Part shown: positions 52,052 through 60,938 of the stretch, piece by piece
Layout of the letters: each line of letters opens with the position of its first letter
How positions within the stretch are numbered: position 1 is the stretch's first letter
Origin: Lingula anatina
Lineage: Eukaryota; Animalia; Brachiopoda
Direction: 5' to 3'
DNA length: 64,000 nt
Assembly: GCA_051362555.1 (NCBI GenBank)
Contig: CM120647.1
Span: 15,538,651-15,602,650, forward strand
The notes under the pieces: generated by a model
Databases searched by the model: none
What the model saw: only the letters and a program-made list of their open reading frames with translations
What the model was told of the DNA's origin: nothing
Made by a program: the position numbers and the translations under genes

Positions 52052-52053
52052 GG

Positions 52054-52785
52054 TTACAGTAAACTTTTTCGACGAAAATGAAGTGTCGCAATAGCCTTCC
52101 CGCTATCAAAATGCACAAGTTCACCAGTGTCACAACTTATATCTATTCGAATAGTATCGATCTCACGCCGATTCAAAGGGATGTAAATAGGCGAATCAAA
52201 TGTCTTTGTTACAACTTCGTCCTGTCTACCATTGATGCCTACGATCCTCAGTAAATTTGCAGACGCGTCTCCCACCAACTGGTTTTGTATGATATCAGCG
52301 TATACGTAGAGAGCATTTAAACCTAGCGTCATGTTTGGGGGGTGAGGGGCTATAGTGTCCGATGTAACCCGAGTATCCTTTAACCAACCTAACATTTTTC
52401 CGATATCGTCGGTAAAATTAATACTCGCACCTGAACGTAAATGAACCGTCACTCTTCTTAAAGTGATATTATAGCCGAGTGTCACGTTCGACTGACCCAG
52501 TTTAATCATGCCGTCATGGATCGCCGTTATAAGATCGTTTACCGTAGGATAATATCCTCCTTGAACGAGTAAAGTTTGTGTTCCGTGGCCGTCGAAATAA
52601 GTTATGGAACTGTCTTTTAAATTTTTCCACGTTTTCGGATATTGCAGCTCGACTAATGCGACTTCGTAGTCACCATCTAAACGCAAAGTCGATGACAATT
52701 TTGTTTGAAATGACTCAGGTCTATTGTTAGGAAAATACTTGAAGCTGCTGTTGGAAGGTAAGATAACATGAAAAGACGACGCCAT
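52054..52785 (-). CDS. Minor capsid (penton, single jelly-roll) protein
   Basis: FHVILPSNSS…YEVALVELQYP…LYVYADII…VGD…LLRIV…TLHFRR. ATG at 52785. Confidence 0.88.
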   Translation of the reverse strand: MASSFHVILPSNSSFKYFPNNRPESFQTKLSSTLRLDGDYEVALVELQYPKTWKNLKDSSITYFDGHGTQTLLVQGGYYPTVNDLITAIHDGMIKLGQSNVTLGYNITLRRVTVHLRSGASINFTDDIGKMLGWLKDTRVTSDTIAPHPPNMTLGLNALYVYADIIQNQLVGDASANLLRIVGINGRQDEVVTKTFDSPIYIPLNRREIDTIRIDISCDTGELVHFDSGKAIATLHFRRKSLL

Positions 52786-52822
52786 CGTTTCAAATGATGC
52801 TGTGGACAAAGTGAAAAATCAC

Positions 52823-53902
52823 TTATACTTTTTTCAAATCCGCTGCTCTCACCCAGCTGTTAAATTCCTGTGAGTATCCTTCCCATTTCACAAGAATCTG
52901 TTTGGATTTACCCTTGCCTCTAGATTTAATTATTTTCTCAATACGATACACGTCGTCTGTTTTTAAAACTTTAATCATTTCAGGCTCGTACATAACACCT
53001 GCTATTTGTTCCCCATTGTAATCCATCACTTTGTAAACGGGGGGTGTTCTATCAATACGTCGTGTTATGGTAAACAATTCCTGTGTCCAACCCCGTTCAT
53101 ATCCTTTGGCAAAAGGGGACCTGTACGTACTCAACCTCACAGTATCACCAACTTTGAATTTAAACTTTATCTTTCTTTTTTCTTGTCTATGTAAGTTATT
53201 CCATACGATATCGGCATTTCCAGGGTTTACATCGACAGGACGCATTTTTATACTACGATGTACTGCATGATTATAACCATTCATCAATTTGGCTAAAACT
53301 GTCACATACGTTAATGTGTTATTAGCTGTGAAGTATCTATACATTTTCGATTTAAAAGTTCGATTCCATCTCTCTATTACTGACGATTTTCTTTCACTTT
53401 TTGTATTGAAAAAATGAATTTTTTGTTCTCTGAGAAAAGCTTGAAATTTCCTATTGGTAAACTCTGTTCCAGCATCCGTTTGAAGCGTATTAGGTTTTCT
53501 TCCTTCGCCTAAAACTTTCTTAAATGCCCTCAAAACGCTTTCCGTACTCTTTGACTTCATAGGAACTGCCCAAGCATATTTAGAAAACACATCTATGACG
53601 GTCAAAATGAATTTCATTCCTTTGTTGTATTTTGATAATTTGCTTAAATCGACTAAATCTGCCTGCCATTGGTCATCAATGTAACTGACAACGACACGGT
53701 TTGTTTTAAAATGTTTTCTCGCAGGGGCATGCAATGTGTAAGTATCTTGGTTGGATAAAAAATCTCTTATTTGATCGATACCAATATTCTTGTTGTCTTT
53801 TTTAACCGCACGGTACAGTTTTGAAACGCCGCCGTAGCTGGCTGGATTGTTCGCATCGTAATATATTTCGTTTAGGTACGTTTTTGTCTTTTCGTTTTTC
53901 AT
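52823..53902 (-). CDS. int: Retroviral-like DDE integrase with C-terminal chromodomain
   Basis: WQADLVD, IDVFSKY, LQTDAGTEF, IERWNRTFK; chromodomain YRIEKII…LVKWEGYSQEFNSWV. Confidence 0.95.
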   Translation of the reverse strand: MKNEKTKTYLNEIYYDANNPASYGGVSKLYRAVKKDNKNIGIDQIRDFLSNQDTYTLHAPARKHFKTNRVVVSYIDDQWQADLVDLSKLSKYNKGMKFILTVIDVFSKYAWAVPMKSKSTESVLRAFKKVLGEGRKPNTLQTDAGTEFTNRKFQAFLREQKIHFFNTKSERKSSVIERWNRTFKSKMYRYFTANNTLTYVTVLAKLMNGYNHAVHRSIKMRPVDVNPGNADIVWNNLHRQEKRKIKFKFKVGDTVRLSTYRSPFAKGYERGWTQELFTITRRIDRTPPVYKVMDYNGEQIAGVMYEPEMIKVLKTDDVYRIEKIIKSRGKGKSKQILVKWEGYSQEFNSWVRAADLKKV

Positions 53903-53907
53903 CCTGG

Positions 53908-54135
53908 TTACAAAGAGGATTTACGTGACTGATTCTTTTTATTCACACAGCAAAGCAGGTTTTTTATGTGCTTCCAAAGTTTCGACAATGCATTAGATGG
54001 CGACGCTTTTTCTGGAGCAATGATTCCATCCGCTTGGTCAGATTTTACAGTAACATCAGCTTTTCCGTGACAACACACAATAAGAAATCTTATATCTCCA
54101 CATTCGAGTCCAGCAGATGGACCTACACCAGCCAT
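53908..54135 (-). CDS. Small Maverick hypothetical protein (75 aa)
   Basis: ATG-initiated and exactly fills the gap between the IAP and integrase genes in the same orientation; amphipathic segment ALSKLWKHIKNLLCC. Confidence 0.5.
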   Translation of the reverse strand: MAGVGPSAGLECGDIRFLIVCCHGKADVTVKSDQADGIIAPEKASPSNALSKLWKHIKNLLCCVNKKNQSRKSSL

Positions 54136-54193
54136 TATATCTTAACTCTTTGCATGCACAACGTTAAATGGTTTAAAAACAAATAAACGGCTT

Positions 54194-54673
54194 TTAAAAT
54201 AGAGAATAGTACTTCGGCGCTGGCGGCCATGGCTCTGCTTCGGTAAGGCTGTGGAGCAGCGTCTTAACGGTACTGGGAACGCGCACAGAAGTCGATTTAT
54301 TACTGGATACGACAAAGAGATTAACAAACTCTTTGCGTTTTTCGGGTGTTAGTGGAACATTGAAACGATTCTTTAATCTCCCCTCTACAGAATTCATGGT
54401 GCAGTGAGGGTTGTGTCTCTCGTGCTCGGGGTCTACCGCGTCTCTCAACGGATCCCAATTTTTCAGGCTTAAACGACAATAAAAACACTTGACGGTATCG
54501 TCAGTGAATGCAGTGTCAGGGTCCCTGTAAAACCCACCGATAGCTAATGGAATAGGATTGATGAGAACTTTACCCGGCCAGTTGATGAAGCTTAATATTC
54601 TTTGTTCTTCATTTGCAAAGGGTACTAGGTAATCTACGTGATCACCGTCTACAGAAACGTCGTAATCATCCAT
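54194..54673 (-). CDS. Single-BIR-domain inhibitor-of-apoptosis-like protein
   Basis: RILSFINWP…LAIGGFY…DTVKCFYCRLSLKNWDP…EHERHNPHC (CxxC-H-C BIR signature); TATA-like GATATAAAAG ~55 bp upstream. Confidence 0.88.
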   Translation of the reverse strand: MDDYDVSVDGDHVDYLVPFANEEQRILSFINWPGKVLINPIPLAIGGFYRDPDTAFTDDTVKCFYCRLSLKNWDPLRDAVDPEHERHNPHCTMNSVEGRLKNRFNVPLTPEKRKEFVNLFVVSSNKSTSVRVPSTVKTLLHSLTEAEPWPPAPKYYSLF

Positions 54674-55099
54674 TCTCACTTGTGCGTTAGATCGGTTGAA
54701 AATGACTATCTTTGTTTCACTTTCTCGCTTTTATATCAAAGTCTCAGTTGTATATTAAATTAAAAAGTTGACCAATCAATTTCTATTACGTGTAAAATCA
54801 CATAAACAACAAACGCATCATTTCTACCTAATTTTTTTTTTTATTTATTCACTTTTTTTTCAAACACAATACACATCTAGCCAAACAGCAATACAAGTAC
54901 TTAATAGCAAAATACTCTTTGTTGTCATCCATACATTTACAGCTCTGTACAAGGAGTAAAGCAAAATGAAATCAAATTCACAGCAGTGCAGTTACTCTAT
55001 AATAGCACTCTATTGTCATCGTCCACGTGTTTACAGTTCCGCACAATCAAATATGTATACAATGGCCAACAAAAATACACGCGTGCAGCTACCTTGTAT

Positions 55100-55966
55100 T
55101 CACAATTCGGCGCAAACAATGTCATAGACGTCATAGACGGCTCTTTCAATCTCCGACTTAAACTCGGCGTCATGATCGAAATTTTCAACCTCGTCTCGAA
55201 TGTCTTCCATAAGTTCTACAGACATAATGATGGAGTATATGTAGGGGTTTGCGGATTCGTTCAACCTTCGCTTGACTTTTCTGTAGGCGTCCATCACAAC
55301 CTTGGGTGAAATTATGTTTTTAGCTTTTTCGAAGTACGCACACACTCCGTACGTCCAATCAGCCATGCACCCCTCAAAATGCTGTTTCTGGGAGCCATGA
55401 TCTATGATGCAGCCATGACAATACTTTCGAAGCAGATCAAAAATTTTTCGCACAATGAAATTAATCATGATAAGCTTAACAACAGTTATGTCATACTGTA
55501 CATTTTCAGCGTCTTGTTCTTTAGCCATTTGTTTCTTCTTCTTCTTATCCTCTCTCATCGGTGAAGGGGAACGCGTCCTCTTCGTCATTTTCTTATCCAT
55601 GTCCAAAGCGTCATCTATATTTGACGTATTGGACAACAGAGATTCCCAACTGAGTTTGTCGAATGCTATGTCATACAAAGCATCACTGGCGGATGTGTAG
55701 GTCAACACCACGCGATAATCATTGATGAACCCGTCAAAGTTCACATTTACCGCATATCTATCGCCGAAGCTCACATCTTGTCGTCTACTCGCAGTAATCG
55801 CCTCTTCTATTCGTGGAATTTCTTCTTTAAACTTTCCCCAGGCGTCCAATGACATGCGTATCTTGCTTCTAGAAGTGGGATCACTAAAGACCACCAAATC
55901 GTTACCTTGTAAGTTTTTGCAAACTGTTATAAGTTTGCCACCTTGTAACTTTATAAAAGTTGCCAT
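55100..55966 (-). CDS. Putative tandem PC4-like ssDNA-binding protein with C-terminal Cys/His motif (288 aa from ATG)
   Basis: IRMSLDAWGKFKEEIPRIEEAI and IAFDKLSWESLLSNTSNIDDAL resemble the PC4 C-terminal helix; basic NLS-like stretch; CHGCIIDHGSQKQHFEGC. Confidence 0.65.
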   Translation of the reverse strand: MATFIKLQGGKLITVCKNLQGNDLVVFSDPTSRSKIRMSLDAWGKFKEEIPRIEEAITASRRQDVSFGDRYAVNVNFDGFINDYRVVLTYTSASDALYDIAFDKLSWESLLSNTSNIDDALDMDKKMTKRTRSPSPMREDKKKKKQMAKEQDAENVQYDITVVKLIMINFIVRKIFDLLRKYCHGCIIDHGSQKQHFEGCMADWTYGVCAYFEKAKNIISPKVVMDAYRKVKRRLNESANPYIYSIIMSVELMEDIRDEVENFDHDAEFKSEIERAVYDVYDIVCAEL

Positions 55967-56084
55967 TTTATCAGATTTCACAACTTTCAGCTGCGAGTGA
56001 AGCTCTCTCAAACAACGCAACCTTAAATACTCTCTTCTTTGCGCACCAGACAGCAATCATTCGTACGCTAAGACAATACGATCA

Positions 56085-56275
56085 ACAGACTGATCTGTAG
56101 CATTGCTACGTGAGACAATGCAATAAACAAATTGAGGCATAGGATTGCCACGAGAAACAGACTGATCTGTAGCATTGCTACGTGAGACAATGCAATAAAC
56201 AAATTGAGGCATCGGATTGCCACGAGAAACAGACTGATCCGTAGCATTGCTACGTGCGACATTACAATAAACAAC
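56085..56275. repeat. 72-bp tandem repeat (~2.7 units) in the right subterminal region of the Maverick
   Basis: Units start at 56085, 56157 and 56229; each contains the palindrome GTAGCA-T-TGCTAC. Confidence 0.92.
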
Positions 56276-56361
56276 TTTCGCCATAGGGCGGTCAGTACCA
56301 TAACACTCTACGTGCCAGCCATCATTGTTCGTTCTCTTTTAATAAGACGCGTGACCTTTGT

Positions 56362-56725
56362 ACCCCAATTGTTCGTGGCATTCCACTCTCCATTGTCACC
56401 GGCTATTTACATCCCTCAACCTTAGTGCAGATGCACTAAGGCTGCTATAAAAGAGTTTGATTTTTAATTTTAAAACTGTTGCTATGGTTTCATCATAGTT
56501 TGCGCCCAAAGTGGTTGCTATGTTGTTGTTGCAATTGTTTCTAAACAGTTTGCGCCCAAAATGGTTGCTATGTTGTTGTTGCTATGGTTTCTAAACAGTT
56601 TGCGCCCAAAATGGTTGCTATGTTGTTATTGCTAGGGTTTCTAAACAGTTTGCGCCCAAAATGGTTGCTATGTTGCTGTTGCTATGGTTTCAAAACAGTT
56701 TGGGCCCAAGTGCACCTTCACTACT
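56362..56725 (-). repeat. Right TIR of the Maverick
   Basis: Reverse complement of 41080-41443. Confidence 0.95.
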
Positions 56726-56954
56726 ACGAGCTGCCGTTTTTATTCTTTAATTCTTAATTTTTTTATTCTATATGTGCTACCCTTTCAGATATCAGTTAGT
56801 TTTCTCAATTAAATAGAATGATACTATTAAACAAAATTTAATAAAGCGGCGCGCTTATATAGTAGTCTCATTATCTATATATATATATACATGTACATTT
56901 ATTTTCATTTGTGTTCTAACTTCTGCATTGTGTTTGGTGAGCTGACTTACATAC

Positions 56955-57060
56955 CTACAAACTGGTTCACCATCGTCGTTAAAGACACAGGTGCCTCCAT
57001 TGTTACATTGAAGGTAACAGTCTCCCCCTAACCACGAGTATCTTTTCTTTAACTTTTCAT
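56955..57060 (-). pseudogene. Best-preserved EGF exon of the minus-strand gene (flanking exons missing)
   Basis: 106-nt AG…GT exon reading EKLKKRYSWLGGDCYLQCNNGGTCVFNDDGEPVC. Confidence 0.7.
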
Positions 57061-57137
57061 CTTATTTTTCATGACAGATGAAATCGTTAATCAAAAGAAC
57101 AAAATTTTCAAAAAAAATGATATTACAAAAAATAAAT

Positions 57138-58545
57138 TGGAATATTTTAGTTTCAATGGTATGCCTAGGCAAAAAAAAAATAAATAAATAAAAAATATCA
57201 TATAAGATATGTGATTGGAGAAGAGTATAATCAGGTGTGCTGATACCAATTAACAGACTACCATGCCTTTAACCTGCTGCACTGCGTAATATGCAGTGAT
57301 TTAATTGGGTAGTGTTACTTTGGGCTGGTCAAAGCTTGGTTTTGGTGAGCATGGTTCTCTCCTATCCAGGGAATAAATCAGCTTATCCAGAGGATAAAGT
57401 TGTCAGCTCGAAATAGATGGGATAAATCTGCAATCATGCTCTTAAATCATCAAAAATTGCTAACCTGATCGCTTTGGGAGTTAATCCTTTGAGATTTCAC
57501 AGGCGTAGAATGATTAGAAAGAAAATTTTAGAAGATGTGTGTTTGTTGTTGATGCTTTAAGTGATACAGAATCAATAGATTACATAACAGACTTTATCAA
57601 AGTTGACATCGCGCCTGCTACGAACAGAACCCATGCAATCTCCGTGAGAGACCAATTATATTTTATTTTACTAAAACATACATTTTAAATCGACGAAAAA
57701 ATACTACACTGAATCTGCCAAATGTACCAAGTCAGCCATTTTGTAAGAAAGTATGTCACGACTTTGCCCTTTAACTGTAAATCTCTGAAATAAGTTCTCC
57801 ACTAAGAGGCTTGCTATCTTACGCAACCCAAGCCGTTATTTATACGATTCTGTGCGAACAAAGGCCATTCATTCTTCAGCAAAGAAACATACAAAGTGAG
57901 GCATAACTAATGCAACGTAATGTGTTTTTGACACTGACACTAAAATATCCTATAGATATTTTTCCCATTATTTTAATGAATGTACCATCTTGAAATATAC
58001 TTAAAATATTGTTTAAAATGGGTAATTTTTTTTTCCAAATATGGTATAGATCACTTTTTTGTTAGCAAATATCAAGGCTTTTGTAATGTTTATAGCAACC
58101 AACTGCATTATGGGAATGTCTTTTTTCCAAATATGGTATTGGATAAATTTTTATCCACTGGATTACTATCATGCTGTTTTTCCAGCCTTTCTGAAACACA
58201 AATGTATACAGTGGATAACTGTCCAGATGATACATGTAAGAGATATATACCATGGGTGGTGTTATCCATAGGATAGCCTATCCAGCCTTGATGAAACCGG
58301 GCCCTGGATACAGGACTCACTGTCCTTACTGAAATGCTGCTGCCATTAAAAAAAGACCGCCCATTTCTTCTGAATGAGGGGTAAATTGCCATCAGAACGC
58401 GTATAACAAGGCCCTTAGCGAACACCAGACTGATTTGGCAGGCTATAATACCAGCCGACCTCTGAGGAAGCCAAATGGAAAGCATTGTCGTATGATAATG
58501 GAATGAGAACCATGGCCGTTTCTTGGTAGAACAATGAAAATGCTT
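57138..58545 (+). mobile_element. Fragments of the Tc1 family seen at 629-2288 (57138-57357 and ~58360-58545), interrupted by other insertions
   Basis: Colinear similarity to 650-875 and 1200-1390. Confidence 0.65.
57781..57893 (-). promoter_or_regulatory. Inverted orphan copy of the peptide-gene core promoter (TATAAATA at 57844-57837)
   Basis: Its reverse complement aligns with 60030-60135 and 37880-37970. Confidence 0.7.
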
Positions 58546-60169
58546 GACTTTGGAAGACGTTTTGACAAATGATAATTGGTTTATTGCGTAACGCTGTTAA
58601 TAAATGATTAAGGAAACTGAAAATACCTTACTGGGACCATATTTCATTTTAATTCACTCTGTATGTTTCTTTGTTTTAAAGTTTAAGTAAACGAAATTGT
58701 AGGCACATATAACAAGGCAGGAAATAAGCAAAATAACAAATTCTTGCCTTTTGCAGCGATATTTGATGTGTGCTAAATTCAGTTTCATGTGCAGGTTTCC
58801 AAAAGCAGTGACTCTTCTAGATGTCTGTAAAAGACAAACCCAACGACTGTGTCTGTTTTTTTTTTTTTTTTTTTATGAAGTGCAGGGGATGAAATGCATA
58901 ATCAGAAAAACAACAGAAACATAAGAAAGAAACCTGATAACGTTCACGTTATTCAGTGTTAAGATCAATTTTCTACAGTATGTGCAGCGTTTTGTTAAAT
59001 AAAGTTGCTTTGACAAATGGTGATGATTTTATTGCGTAACGCTGTATATAAATGGTTAAGGAAATGTTTGAAACAAAAATATCTTGCTGGGACCATATTT
59101 CATCGTGGTTTGTATTATATCCTTATTTTACATCACTGCCGACTACTATTTGAAAAAAAAGCTGTTTAAATCCGATCTTTAGGAGAGTAGAAGACCAATA
59201 GATTCATAAATGAGTACATGAGCTGTTGCTGATATCAATAGTTCAAAATGAAAACTCCAGTAAATTACATATTATTTGAAGATATAGGCATATATCATCA
59301 GGCAGAAAATTAGCAATAGGACATATGCATGTCTTTGTTTGATATTTGGTGTGTATCAAATGCAGCGCCATGTACAATAATCAAATGCAAATAATCTTCT
59401 AGCTTTCTAAATGACAAAATGCTGAAACTTGGTCTGGCCTTTAATAAGATAAGAAAAGAAATATAGAGAATAAAAATTATTGAAAAAATTAAAAAGTAAT
59501 AAAAAAATAATAAAAAAACTAAAGAATAAAAAAATAGAGAGAAAACGAAATGTCGCCTAAACCTTTTGACCAACATTTCATTTATTTCAGTTTTAGATAT
59601 TTAGTTGGCACTCAAACATTCAACAAATGATTTTAAGACGGTAGGTGTTTTGCATTAAGGTAAATATTTAGTGAGCTGCAGGAGCTACTTTTCAAATTTC
59701 TAAATTGTTTACTTTATAGTTAGTTTTTAGAGAGAAAGATTGCTTTCATCAAACGAGTAAACTTTTTTGAATATTAATTGAAAAAAAAAACAAATATTGT
59801 AGTGACTCTTGTCTTGTCGTCGATTAAGATAAAACCATAATTCCAAAGTAATTTGTGTTAAAAACTAAAGAAAGAGAAAAAGAATAAAAAAAGGGGTGCA
59901 CGTGTGCTGTTGGAAGACGCTTTGATAAATGATAATGATTCCATTGCATAACACTGTCTATTAATGATTGAGGAAATTTTTGAAACAGGAAATATCTTAT
60001 TGGGACCATATTTCATGGCGATAATATTTTGTGTGTTTCCTTGCAGAAGATTGCATGGCCTTTGTTCCAATAGAATCGCTTAAATGGCGGCTTGGGTTGC
60101 GTAAGTCTCTTAGTGGATAACTTATTTCAGAGATTTCAATATTTTGCTAGGACTGCTTCATTGGAGAAA

Positions 60170-60793
60170 ATGAAGTCGTGCGCCGTTCTTGTGCTTTTGG
60201 TGCTGTTTGCCACTGTTGCCATAGAAGGTAAGTGATACTTCCATAATAACATGCATTATGTATGGGCAACGCATTGGTCTGTAAGCTTGTAGTGAAGTTA
60301 TTAACTTGACATACCCGGTTTTCAAAAAAATACTTATTGAAAAACCTGACAAACCCAGCCGTTTTTCTCCTTCAAGCAAAATGGTGCATTCTCATGCCAC
60401 CCTCATCCCCCCCCCCCCCTACACACAGCTGTAAAGAATGGTAAAGAATCTTGATCACGAACATGTAGATGGGGTTCGGAAAGGGGCATCAGCCGTTTCG
60501 GGAATAACTAGGATCATTATTAAGTGAAGATTGAAAGAACCTGGATTTTATTTCCATTGTGCTACTTCACAAATATTTGAATCTAGAACTTTCACGAAAA
60601 TTAATATTCCAATGGTCTTTCGGTAACATGTTTATCTTTATATTTTTTATTTTATGTAGACTCAGCCGGGCAAAGTACACCGTTTGTGACGTGCGACTGC
60701 TGTGGTCATATTTGTGGAAGCGTTCATGGGAGATGCTACTGCGTCGGAAAATACCCCAACTGCCGCTGTGGTGCAATCGATCACCCAAAATAA
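60170..60793 (+). CDS. 8-Cys secreted peptide precursor, copy H (exon 1 60170-60227; exon 2 60660-60793; 3' UTR exon from 63666), 63 aa
   Basis: MKSCAVLVLLVLFATVAIE|DSAGQSTPFVTCDCCGHICGSVHGRCYCVGKYPNCRCGAIDHPK*. GTAAGT donor, AATAAA at 63789, TATA box degenerate. Confidence 0.85.
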
Positions 60794-60938
60794 AAGGTGC
60801 TGTGATGACATTGCTCAAGGCAGTTTTTTCAATAATACATATTCTGACCAGCTATCTGTATACAAAAAGTTGTTGAATACTGTGCTAATTTGAGACTGCT
60901 AAACTTATAAGTCAATTCTACAAGTCAATTTGGTGGTA

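Larger units (their letters stand above)
41080..56725. mobile_element. Complete Maverick/Polinton (adintovirus-like endogenous virus), 15,646 bp
   Basis: Termini AGTAGT…ACTACT, 364-bp TIRs, perfect 6-bp TSD ACGAGC (41074-41079 / 56726-56731), and the full core gene set (pPolB, INT, ATPase, protease, major and minor capsid). Confidence 0.97.

Noticed and set aside
56726-56745. Maverick inserted exactly at the splice acceptor of the EGF gene's last exon
   Set aside because: The spacing fits and GGCAG|CT is present, but there is no pyrimidine tract and the sequence beyond the left TSD is not homologous to that exon; probably coincidence.
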